Assembly: GCA_030650415.1 (NCBI GenBank)
Contig: JAUSEG010000005.1
Span: forward strand, 23,333-87,332
DNA: 64,000 nucleotides
Reading direction: 5' to 3'
Source: a bacterium
Lineage (GTDB): Bacteria; Patescibacteriota; Patescibacteriia; Patescibacteriales; GWC2-42-12
The stretch's first letter is position 1. Every line of letters starts with the position of its first letter. This document shows positions 16,957-24,828 of the stretch, one piece after another. Both the position numbers and the translations under genes were made by a program. A model generated the notes under the pieces. It saw only the letters and a list, made by a program, of their open reading frames with translations. It was not told the DNA's origin and made no database searches.

Positions 16957-17269
16957 AATTTTTATGGGGTTGTTGCCAAATGCTCTTTCGGATATAAATT
17001 TTCACAATTTCGAGGAAATTTTTTATAAAATTTTTGAGGCGATATATTATATCGGCGAGGAAATTTTAGATAAAAATTTACCGAAATTTGGAAATTTAGG
17101 CCGAATACGGCATTCGGCGACGACCCCCGGTTACCCCTGCTTAAGCAGAGGAGTTATTATAAATTGTTAATAAAGACTTATATCTATTAGACATTATACA
17201 CCATCTAATAAAAAAAGCCAATAAATCCGCACATCTATGTATAGGTGTGGGGATAAATACAATGCTTTG

Positions 17270-17340
17270 CACGGGATGTAGGAATCGAACCTACGCTAGA
17301 GGATTTGGAGGCCTCTGTACTACCATTATACTAATCCCGC
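17270..17340 (-). tRNA. tRNA-Trp (CCA)
   Basis: Hand-folded 71-nt cloverleaf: GCGGGAT/ATCCCGT acceptor, anticodon loop CTCCAAA, T arm GTAGG-TTCGATT-CCTAC, discriminator G. There is one C-U mismatch at 31:39. CCA is not encoded. Confidence 0.85.
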
Positions 17341-17350
17341 ATGCGCAACT

Positions 17351-17456
17351 GGCCGTCGGAGGAATGTTGGTTTTGAGCGCATACGAAATTGTAGTATTTT
17401 TTAAAGAAAATGCCCAAATTTCGTCTAAGCGAAAAACCAACATTCCTCCGACGGCC
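17351..17456. repeat. Long hairpin element with conserved core (family also at 24681-24828)
   Basis: Perfect 24-bp arms GGCCGTCGGAGGAATGTTGGTTTT / AAAACCAACATTCCTCCGACGGCC. The inner core, GAGCGCATACGAAATTGT...AATGCCCAAATTTCGTCTAAGCG, is shared with the second copy. Confidence 0.8.
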
Positions 17457-17495
17457 AAACTACCCTAATCAATATTTTTAAGCGCGTAAACACTT

Positions 17496-17651
17496 TTATT
17501 TAGTTTCTTTGTGGCTGGTATGCTCTTTGCAATGTAAGCAAAACTTTTTAAGTTCCAATCTATTTTTCAAAGTTTTCTTGTTCTTTTTCGAAAAATAATT
17601 GACACGCTTGCAAACGGTGCATTCCAACTTGATCAAATTATCCTGTGACAT
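17496..17651 (-). CDS. rpmG: 50S ribosomal protein L33 (zinc-ribbon form)
   Basis: Below the ORF-track cutoff. Hand translation: [51 protein letters not shown] (51 aa, CxxC...CxxC). Confidence 0.85.
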   Translation of the reverse strand: MSQDNLIKLECTVCKRVNYFSKKNKKTLKNRLELKKFCLHCKEHTSHKETK

Positions 17652-17683
17652 AAGGTTATTTTATGATTATAATTAATTTATTA

Positions 17684-18064
17684 TTAGATTTTCCATAATC
17701 CATGCAAATTGCAATAGGCGCGAACCTCTATTACTTCGCCCTCAACCGTAAAATCCGCTCTGGCCTGGCGATCCAATTCCGGCTTTAAATATTTTTTATA
17801 AACACGGCTAGTCGTTAAAATTTCAATCCATTCAATATAGTGAGCGGCTTCCATCGGATGCTCGGCCGAACCGACCTTAACCGTTACTTTATCGCCAACC
17901 GCTTCCATAACCGGCACATGTTTTTCCAGCGAAGCGTCAACGGTATTTTCAACTTGCAAAACCATGGGCTGGCCGCAGCAAACTAAAGTACCCTTGCCTT
18001 CATGAACTACCTCAATTATATTGCCGCAATCAGCGCATTTATAAACTTGGTTTAAAATAGTCAT
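17684..18064 (-). CDS. dfx: Desulfoferrodoxin (2Fe superoxide reductase)
   Basis: Start moved to MTILNQVYKC. N-terminal desulforedoxin CxxC...CC, then C-terminal EKHVP, EHPM..HYIEWIE and CNLHGLW motifs. Confidence 0.85.
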   Translation of the reverse strand: MTILNQVYKCADCGNIIEVVHEGKGTLVCCGQPMVLQVENTVDASLEKHVPVMEAVGDKVTVKVGSAEHPMEAAHYIEWIEILTTSRVYKKYLKPELDRQARADFTVEGEVIEVRAYCNLHGLWKI

Positions 18065-18142
18065 ATTTTTTAAATTTAATTTTAAACGTGAAAACCGCCA
18101 TGGCGACTGAAACAAAATTTTACCAGGTCGTAAACAAACCAG

Positions 18143-18225
18143 TGGATGGGGAAGGATTTGAACCTTCGAAGGCGTGAGCCAACAGATTTACAGTCTGTCC
18201 CATTTGACCGCTTTGGTACCCATCC
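18143..18225 (-). tRNA. tRNA-Tyr (GTA) with long variable arm
   Basis: GGATGGG/CCCATCC acceptor, anticodon loop CTGTAAA, 15-nt variable arm, T arm GAAGG-TTCAAAT-CCTTC, discriminator A. Confidence 0.85.
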
Positions 18226-18277
18226 AATATATAGGTACTGTCGCCGAATAATTTTTCGGATATAGTACCGTCTAATG

Positions 18278-18549
18278 AGCCGTTGCGCGGAATTGAACCG
18301 CGGACCTACTCCTTCATTTACACCTCTTTTTGTTAAACACATATAAGAGGATTAGACTGTATCTTAGGCATGTTCTATTACTAGAATTTAGCCTCCCTTG
18401 TCAGTCGTTCGAGCGCTTTTACGCGCTACGGTCTTAGCCTTGTGTCGGCCTTTAACCGTGATTCGAGATTCAATAGAAAATTTATTCTCTAAGGGGCAGG
18501 AGTCAAATGACCCACCATGGAGTTGCTCTACCAGCTGAGCTACAACGGC
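18278..18549 (-). tRNA. tRNA-Thr (GGT) interrupted between nt 36 and 37 by a 199-nt intron
   Basis: Exon 1 (18549-18514): GCCGTTGTAGCTCAGCTGGTAGAGCAACTCCATGGT. Exon 2 (18314-18278): AAGGAGTAGGTCCGCGGTTCAATTCCGCGCAACGGCT. Joined, they give a perfect 73-nt cloverleaf with 7/7 acceptor, 4/4 D, 5/5 anticodon and 5/5 T stems, G1-C72 and C2-G71. Confidence 0.8.
18315..18513 (-). ncRNA. Putative group I self-splicing intron in the tRNA-Thr anticodon loop
   Basis: The 5' exon ends in U and the intron ends in G (..GUAAAUG). The intron's 5' ACUCCU-GCC can pair with the 3' exon AGGAGU (P10) and the 5' exon GGU (P1 with a G-U wobble). A P9-like hairpin CCUCUU..AAGAGG and CCUAAG / CUAAAUUCUAG strings resemble tRNA group I introns. 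Confidence 0.65.
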
Positions 18550-19136
18550 AATAAACTTATTAATTTATTTTTTAATTTGATATTCCCATAATAAACTGTT
18601 AATACCCCATACTTACTTTTTTTCTTATAGGTTCCTAAACTTCCACTTTTCGTAACAAACGGTTTGTAAAACTGCTTCTTTTCGACTTTCAATTTTTTAG
18701 TCCAATACATTAAAGCTTCATCTATATTAATATCGGAAAAGGTATGTAAATGGAATTTTAAATCTTTTTTATTTATATTAAAAAATTTTATTAAAAATTC
18801 TATAAACTTATTCAATAACGCGGCATCGGAGTTGCCAAGTCTTACCGTATTTTTATTAGCCCTATTGCCTTCACCCCAGTATAATCCAATACCCAAACCA
18901 AACAATTTTGCCTCTTCTAAATTTTTTGGCGAAATAAATTCAAAAGGATCGCCATCCGGATTATGTTTTATATAAACCGCCTCACTTATTGTTCTTTTTG
19001 ATATCTTATATTTTTTCAACCAGTAATTTATTCTATTTGGCGAACAACTAATCAACTTGGAGATTTCTGAGGCAGACTTATGCTGGTCAATATATAAATT
19101 ATTAAGATATTCAAAAGTAATCTCATTGTTCTCCAT
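18540..19136 (-). CDS. Free-standing LAGLIDADG-like homing endonuclease with N-terminal HTH
   Basis: 198 aa. LFGLGIGLYWGEGN fits the LAGLIDADG-type motif (helix followed by GEG). The N-terminal SASEISKLISCSPNRINYWLKK is HTH-like. Its stop codon TAG is formed by tRNA-Thr nt 8-10. Confidence 0.5.
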   Translation of the reverse strand: MENNEITFEYLNNLYIDQHKSASEISKLISCSPNRINYWLKKYKISKRTISEAVYIKHNPDGDPFEFISPKNLEEAKLFGLGIGLYWGEGNRANKNTVRLGNSDAALLNKFIEFLIKFFNINKKDLKFHLHTFSDINIDEALMYWTKKLKVEKKQFYKPFVTKSGSLGTYKKKSKYGVLTVYYGNIKLKNKLISLLPL

Positions 19137-19223
19137 AATAAAATTAATTTTTATATTAACCTTACACAGCTAATTATAAAACTAATTTTGACATTGGTCA
19201 ACCAGCTTCTTAAGAAAGAACCA

Positions 19224-19266
19224 CTCTACCGGCTATATGTCTGCTGGCAGACGGCGGTACAACGGC
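19224..19266 (-). pseudogene. Decayed duplicate of the tRNA-Thr 5' end (nt 1-24)
   Basis: The minus strand reads GCCGTTGTA (identical to tRNA nt 1-9), then a 24-nt insert containing CTGCCAGCAG, then GCCGGTAGAG (9/10 match to tRNA nt 15-24). No 3' half or anticodon arm is present. Confidence 0.45.
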
Positions 19267-19371
19267 ATTATGAATATAAAACCTTATAATACATTAAATC
19301 CCGAATGCTCGGGATTGAAAATTATCTCGCTACACTAGACCTGTCTAGCCGAAAAAAATCAAAAATTTTCT

Positions 19372-20244
19372 CTATAATTCGTCAATCTGCCTCTTAAATT
19401 CAGCGATTTTATTATTCTCCGGATTGGTTTTAAGCAGTTTTTTGTAGGCATCTAAGGCCAGCGCTTTATCTTTTATTATTATACTGATTTCCAGCATCGT
19501 GTCAAGATATTTAGGATTAGCCGGCTCGATTTTTAGAGCCTTTTTTAAGCTGCTTATCGCTTCCGGCCATTTTCCCATAGCCTGATAAACGCTCGCCAAA
19601 TTGAAATGTGTTTGGGCATTTTGTTTATTAACATTAATTAATTTTAAATATTCATCTCGCGCTCCGTCTAAATCCCCTTTTTCTCTGGCAATTTGCGCTA
19701 AATTTTCATAAATATCCTCGTCATCTTCTTTTAATTTTAAAACATGCTCAAAAGTCTGTTTAGCTTCCTCGTATTGTTTCTTTTCGAAATACAGCCGGCC
19801 CAAGGCTTTAAATGCTTCAATATTTTTACTGTCCAAACCGATTATTTCAATGCATTTATTCTCCGCCAAACCTAAATCGCCGCGCTTCTTGCATTCTTCT
19901 ATCTGCCTGAATAACTGCTCGGTTTTTTTATCAAAGTTTAAATTTTCGCCTGCTTCTTTGGTTTGATAATCATTTTTTAATTGATAGAGCTTATGCAGGC
20001 TGAATTTAAAAAATTGGCCAACTCCTCGGGCGGCCGGCGCGGATAATCTGCCTAATTTAGCCGACCATTTTATAATATTTCTCTTTAAACGGTTAGAAAT
20101 AATTCTTTCTTTAAATCTCGCTTCTTTTTCCGCCGGTATGCTGGCGACGTCCAAATTGGCTAAAACAGAAAATTTTCTTACCACAATCACAATAATTATG
20201 CTAAAACTAATTAAAATTAATAACAACGGAACTATATTATACAT
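19372..20244 (-). CDS. Membrane-anchored TPR-repeat protein
   Basis: N-terminal TM segment (IVPLLLILISFSIIIVIVV) followed by at least 4 TPR-like 34-mers (A..AF..LG..Y....Y.EA...F...L.). Confidence 0.65.
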   Translation of the reverse strand: MYNIVPLLLILISFSIIIVIVVRKFSVLANLDVASIPAEKEARFKERIISNRLKRNIIKWSAKLGRLSAPAARGVGQFFKFSLHKLYQLKNDYQTKEAGENLNFDKKTEQLFRQIEECKKRGDLGLAENKCIEIIGLDSKNIEAFKALGRLYFEKKQYEEAKQTFEHVLKLKEDDEDIYENLAQIAREKGDLDGARDEYLKLINVNKQNAQTHFNLASVYQAMGKWPEAISSLKKALKIEPANPKYLDTMLEISIIIKDKALALDAYKKLLKTNPENNKIAEFKRQIDEL

Positions 20245-20291
20245 AGGTAAAAATCAAAATTATTTTATAAAAATTGGCTTTAATTTACAGT

Positions 20292-21167
20292 TTAAGTCTT
20301 GGTCTCGCCGACCATAAAACGTCCGGCGCTGCCAAATAATTTCATTTTACCAAAAACTACTTTTTCTATCGCTTTAATAGTCGGTTTCAATAAATTTCTG
20401 GGATCGGTTTCATTTTTATTTTCCGAGCAGACCTTTATCAAGGTCTCGCAAAAAGCCACTTTTAAATCAGTGCCAATATTAATTATATTGACCCCCTCTT
20501 TAATCGCTTTTTTTATTTTGACATTACCGACTCCGGAACCGCCATGCAAAACGAAAGGAATGCGCACGGCTTTTTTTATGTCTTTTAACAAACTGAAAAT
20601 AATATCCTCATTACTGTAAATACCGTGAGCCGTGCCAATCGCCGCGGATATCGTATCGACTTTAGTTTCACGGACAAATTTTATTATGTCTTCCAGACTG
20701 GCTAAAGGGATATTCTTTAATTTGCCTCTTATATTCCCGTGTCCGCCGACCATAGCGCCGACTTCGCCTTGAACCCAGACATGCTTGGCGTGCGCCATTT
20801 TCACTATTTGCTTGGTTAATTTTATATTTTCATCTAAAGGCAGGCTGGAGGCGTCGATATGAACCGAGGTAAAGCCGGAGCTAATACATTCAAAAACTGA
20901 ATTGAAGCTCGTGCCATGGTCAAGATGCAAAGCAATCGGCACGTTGGCGGCCACATTTTTAGCTACCGTCGAAACTATATGGGTTATCGGTTTAAGACCC
21001 ATGTACCTTATAGTGCTTTCCGAAACCTGAATAATCGCCGGGGAATTAGCTTTAACCGCGGCTTGAGCTACGCCTAAAACCGATTCTAAAGTTATAACAT
21101 TAAAAGCGCCGATAGCGTATTGGCCAGCTTTGGCTTTTTTTACAAGATCTTTAATGTGAACCAGCAT
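20292..21167 (-). CDS. fba: Class II fructose-bisphosphate aldolase
   Basis: YAIGAFNV, IALHLDHG and VLHGGSG motifs. Confidence 0.85.
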   Translation of the reverse strand: MLVHIKDLVKKAKAGQYAIGAFNVITLESVLGVAQAAVKANSPAIIQVSESTIRYMGLKPITHIVSTVAKNVAANVPIALHLDHGTSFNSVFECISSGFTSVHIDASSLPLDENIKLTKQIVKMAHAKHVWVQGEVGAMVGGHGNIRGKLKNIPLASLEDIIKFVRETKVDTISAAIGTAHGIYSNEDIIFSLLKDIKKAVRIPFVLHGGSGVGNVKIKKAIKEGVNIINIGTDLKVAFCETLIKVCSENKNETDPRNLLKPTIKAIEKVVFGKMKLFGSAGRFMVGETKT

Positions 21168-21185
21168 AAGAGTATAATGAATTAT

Positions 21186-21953
21186 CTATTTAGTTATTTC
21201 TTTAACAACTTTAAAAAAATCATCCGCTTTAAGGCCGACTCCGCCGACCAATAAGCCGTTCATATCTTCTAAATCAGCAAATTTCTTAACGTTTTTGGAA
21301 TTAATGCTGCCACCGTAAATAATTCTAAAATTTTTGCTGACAACCTGCATGCCAAACATGTCGTTTAAAGCCAGCTTGATTATTTTATGGGCATACTCGG
21401 CCTCGCTGGGCTCGATAGCCGTTCCCGTGCCGATGGCCCAAACCGGCTCGTAAGCGATGATTATTTGCTGATTGCCAAAAACGTCAATGCCTGACAAAGC
21501 TTGCTGTAATTGCTCCACTAAAACAAAATCCCGCTTATCCGATTCCTTTTCTTCGATGGTTTCGCCGATGCAAACTATCGGCGCAAGTTTTTCCGTCTCT
21601 AAGACGGCTCTGACCTTTTTATGAATCATCTCATAATTTTCAAATAAATATCTTCGCCTTTCGCTGTGCCCGATAATTACATATTCACAGCCGGCCTCAA
21701 CCAGCATATCAGCCGAAATTTCTCCCGTGTAGGCGCCTTTGTCTTCCCAGAAGACATTTTGCGCCCCAAGCTTAAGCTTGCCGGTTTTTATAATCTTAGC
21801 TACGTGGTCTAAAGTTAAGGTTGATGGGCAAATCACTACTTCGCCTTCTTTAAAACCGGCAAACTTTTCTTTAAATTTTTTCGCCAAAGCTAAAGTCTCG
21901 GACAAATTTAAATTCATTTTCCAATTGGCAATAATAATTTTTTTTGCAAGCAT
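21186..21953 (-). CDS. tpiA: Triosephosphate isomerase
   Basis: IIANWKMN, IIGHSERR and AYEPVWAIGTG motifs. Confidence 0.92.
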   Translation of the reverse strand: MLAKKIIIANWKMNLNLSETLALAKKFKEKFAGFKEGEVVICPSTLTLDHVAKIIKTGKLKLGAQNVFWEDKGAYTGEISADMLVEAGCEYVIIGHSERRRYLFENYEMIHKKVRAVLETEKLAPIVCIGETIEEKESDKRDFVLVEQLQQALSGIDVFGNQQIIIAYEPVWAIGTGTAIEPSEAEYAHKIIKLALNDMFGMQVVSKNFRIIYGGSINSKNVKKFADLEDMNGLLVGGVGLKADDFFKVVKEITK

Positions 21954-22036
21954 ATTTCTGTAATTAATAATTATTCCGATTAAGCTATTTTAATCTACAA
22001 ATATTATACCACAGTCAAACGCATTAACCAATTAAT

Positions 22037-23098
22037 TTACGGCCGGCCGTTATAATATAAACCGACTAGTTTTTTAGTTAAATCAAAGCGATCGCTGTCT
22101 TTATCCGCGCCTAAAACCACGGTAATAATCGGCCGGCCTTCATAGTTTTTAAATTGACTGACCAGGCAATAGCCGGAGGAATTAATATGTCCGGTCTTAC
22201 CGCCTAAAATACTAATGCCTTCGTTCGGAAAATTATTTAATAGTTCGTTGGTATTGACGATAGATTTCTCTCGGCCTTGCTCGGTATTGAATTTATAAGC
22301 CTTGGTTAGAGAGGCGCGGCTGATCTCCTGATTGGCCAAGGCGATTTTAGAAAAAATAGCGATTTCTCGGGCGGTCGAAATATTTCCATCATTAAGTCCT
22401 GCCGGATCAACCAGCCTGGTATTCTTTAACCCCAATTCTTTTATTTTATCATTCATTTTTTTAACGAATTCCGTTTCGCTTAAACCGGTAGCCATAACTA
22501 AGGCCTGGGTAGCGGTATTATCCGAACCAACCAGGCTAAAATAAAATAAATCTTTCACTTTAACTTTGTCGCCGGTAAATAAATAAATTTTTCCGCCCTC
22601 GCGCTTATCTTCCGCTTTGATTGTATAAACCGTCTCCCAGCCGGGGTTATAGTCTAAAAACACATAGGCCGTAAATAATTTAGTAATACTGGCTATCGGC
22701 CAGGCCCGATCAGGGCGTTTGGCAAAAAATAAACTATCATCATAATCTAAAATCGCGCCGTTTTGAGCCGAAAAATCATAATCAGTAATAACGGGTTTTG
22801 GTTTTTCTTCCTGTTCTTTCGTAATTTGACGCATTGGCTGATCTAATTGGGGCAGTTGAAAAATTTTCGGCACTGGAAATGACTTTGCGTCTTCGATCGC
22901 TTTAGCAATAGCTTTTTTTAAATTTTCCCTTTGCTCGGCTGAAATTCTTTCCTCACTACTATTTTCGCTAACTCCTAAAACTTTACCGACCTTAGCCGGC
23001 TCGCCATGGTTCGGCATTAAAAAATCCCCCTTAACCAAGAGGCTAAAGTTTAAAAAAACAGCAGAAATTAATAAGCCAATGGCGGCAGGTACCAGCAT
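22037..23098 (-). CDS. D-alanyl-D-alanine carboxypeptidase (serine peptidase S11)
   Basis: SITK (SxxK), GSDN (SxN) and KTGH (KTG) motifs in the canonical order, with an N-terminal TM anchor. Confidence 0.75.
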   Translation of the reverse strand: MLVPAAIGLLISAVFLNFSLLVKGDFLMPNHGEPAKVGKVLGVSENSSEERISAEQRENLKKAIAKAIEDAKSFPVPKIFQLPQLDQPMRQITKEQEEKPKPVITDYDFSAQNGAILDYDDSLFFAKRPDRAWPIASITKLFTAYVFLDYNPGWETVYTIKAEDKREGGKIYLFTGDKVKVKDLFYFSLVGSDNTATQALVMATGLSETEFVKKMNDKIKELGLKNTRLVDPAGLNDGNISTAREIAIFSKIALANQEISRASLTKAYKFNTEQGREKSIVNTNELLNNFPNEGISILGGKTGHINSSGYCLVSQFKNYEGRPIITVVLGADKDSDRFDLTKKLVGLYYNGRP

Positions 23099-23121
23099 AA
23101 ACTTAAAATCTTAAACAAACT

Positions 23122-23673
23122 TTAATTATTTACTTCTGCTTCCTTAAGCATTCTGTCTAAAGTCTCGTCCTGATGAAGCCGGGCGTAATCAGGCAAATCG
23201 TCAATTTTATTCAGGCCTAAGAAACGGATAAAATCAAAACTCGCCGTATAGTATGTTTCATTTCTTTTCTTATCAAGCCTGCCTTCAACCAAGCCTCTTA
23301 GAAGCAAATTTCTTAAAATCAAAGCGCAATTTACTCCCCTAATCCTATCCAAATCTATTTTTGAAACCGGTCCGCGATAAGCGATAATCGTTAAAGCCTC
23401 AAGGCTCGGTTTTGATAACTCGCCGGTAGTTTCGTCCTTGATGAATTCTTGAATAATTTTAGCATTATCCGGCGAACTGACCATCTGGTATTTCGCGCCA
23501 TCATTAATAATTTGAATACCGGACTGGCTATTTTTATAGTCCTCCAAGAGCTCGCCGGCCGATTTTATAATTTCTTTTTTATCAGCCTTTAGCAACTCAG
23601 CCAGTTGGTTTACGGTCATCGGCTTAGCCGAAATAAATAATAAAGACTCGATTTTCGATTTTATGAAACTCAT
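23122..23673 (-). CDS. scpB: Segregation and condensation protein B
   Basis: Start moved to MSFIKSKIESLLFISAKPMTV (ATG at 23673). The longer track ORF begins at an ATG contributed by the repeat terminus. Confidence 0.8.
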   Translation of the reverse strand: MSFIKSKIESLLFISAKPMTVNQLAELLKADKKEIIKSAGELLEDYKNSQSGIQIINDGAKYQMVSSPDNAKIIQEFIKDETTGELSKPSLEALTIIAYRGPVSKIDLDRIRGVNCALILRNLLLRGLVEGRLDKKRNETYYTASFDFIRFLGLNKIDDLPDYARLHQDETLDRMLKEAEVNN

Positions 23674-23693
23674 AATTTTAAATTTAGAAAGTC

Positions 23694-23914
23694 TGTCATT
23701 GCGAGGAGCGAACACAGATCCCTCTCCGCCAACTGGCGGATCGGGACAAGCTTCGCAACCTCTTTGCGTTGTCATTGCGAGGAGCTTCGGCGACGAAGCA
23801 ATCTCACGAATGTCTATGCTCCATTAAATCTCGCCATTATTATATTATTATTTTTCTTCGCCGTTCGTGAGATTGCCGCGCTCTCCGCCAGCTGGCGGAT
23901 CGCTCGCAATGACA
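23694..23914. repeat. Two abutting type-1 mosaic palindromic elements
   Basis: Copies start at 23694 and 23770 (TGTCATTGCGAGGAGC twice). They contain CCGCCA(A/G)CTGGCGG twice and AGCAATCTCACG / CGTGAGATTGC, and end in CGCTCGCAATGACA. Confidence 0.85.
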
Positions 23915-23946
23915 ATAAAAAATTTCTAACTTTATTTCATATTTAA

Positions 23947-24651
23947 TTATATCCTGTTTATCTCTATTTCTCCGAATAAATCGCCTTGCACGACTACGAC
24001 ATTTCTCTGCTTAATCAATTCCAGCAAGGCCAAAAAACTCACAATAATATTAATTTTATTTTTCTCGCCGGCCAGAAGATGATTAAAAGTAAATTTTATC
24101 CGATCGAGCAAAATCTGCTGAATCGCTAAAATTTTATCTTCAATATTAACTGTTTTTTGCAGATTCTTTTCTTCCAATAACTCAACCGGCCGAACATTTT
24201 TAATGATTTCATTAATCAAGTTTAACAAATCTTTCGCCTTAAGGTCTTTCGGCGGTGAAAAAAACTTAGCATTGGCTAAAAACGCGCGGCGATTGAACTC
24301 CCGAGCAAAGCTGAATCTTTTCTTGCCGATAATGGCTTCTAACTTCTTCGCGGCGTCTAAAAATTCCTTATACATCCTTAACTGATCTTCGAACTCTTTA
24401 ATTTCCTCTTCGGCTTCGCTTTTTAAAAACGGCAGAAGCGCTCGAGATTTAATTAAAAGCAGTTTAGCGGCCACGACTAAAAAATCCGCCAGGTTTTCCG
24501 GCTCCAGCTCCTTTAAGCTGCGAATATAATCGATGTATTGATTGGCAATCTTGGCTAAGCTGATTTCCGTAATATCCATTTCCTCCTTTTCAATCAATTG
24601 CAGAAGCAATCCGAGAGGACCCTCAAATTTGTCTATTTTAAAATTTAGCAT
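23947..24651 (-). CDS. scpA: Segregation and condensation protein A
   Basis: FEGPLGLLLQLIEKEEMDITEISLAKIANQY is the typical ScpA N-terminus. Adjacent to scpB. Confidence 0.85.
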   Translation of the reverse strand: MLNFKIDKFEGPLGLLLQLIEKEEMDITEISLAKIANQYIDYIRSLKELEPENLADFLVVAAKLLLIKSRALLPFLKSEAEEEIKEFEDQLRMYKEFLDAAKKLEAIIGKKRFSFAREFNRRAFLANAKFFSPPKDLKAKDLLNLINEIIKNVRPVELLEEKNLQKTVNIEDKILAIQQILLDRIKFTFNHLLAGEKNKINIIVSFLALLELIKQRNVVVVQGDLFGEIEINRI

Positions 24652-24680
24652 AATGCGCCTTAAAAAACTTTATAAATATC

Positions 24681-24828
24681 AGCCTGATGAGGCCTTTTGC
24701 TTTTGAGCGCATACAAAATTGTTGCTATTTTTTAGAAAAATATTACAATTATGTAATAAATAAAAATATTTTTCTAAAAAATGCCCAAATTTTGTCTTAA
24801 GTGAAAAAGTAAAAGGCCTCATCAGGCT
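24681..24828. repeat. Long hairpin element with conserved core (second copy)
   Basis: Arms AGCCTGATGAGGCCTTTTGCTTTT / AAAAGTAAAAGGCCTCATCAGGCT. The core GAGCGCATACAAAATTGT...AATGCCCAAATTTTGTCTTAAGTG is near-identical to that of 17351-17456. Confidence 0.8.

Noticed and set aside
17247-18342. ORFs 17247-17468 (+) and 18082-18342 (-)
   Set aside because: They run through tRNA-Trp plus the long hairpin, and through tRNA-Tyr plus tRNA-Thr exon 2, respectively. The RNA genes explain the sequence.
19195-19266. A possible fourth, functional tRNA upstream of the LAGLIDADG ORF
   Set aside because: Only nt 1-9 and 15-24 of tRNA-Thr are recognisable. No anticodon arm, T arm or 3' acceptor strand can be folded. 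It is treated as a decayed duplicate.
23673-23775. N-terminal extensions of track ORFs (scpB to 23775, rplD to 45281, the 45480 ORF to 45920, DUF5671 to 26342, adk to 32197, ruvX to 30389, dfx to 18115, rpsL to 55082, surface protein to 10282)
   Set aside because: The extra residues are encoded by repeat elements or leader DNA. The repeat terminus AATGACA supplies a false ATG, and some track starts are TTG. Conserved N-termini begin at internal ATGs.
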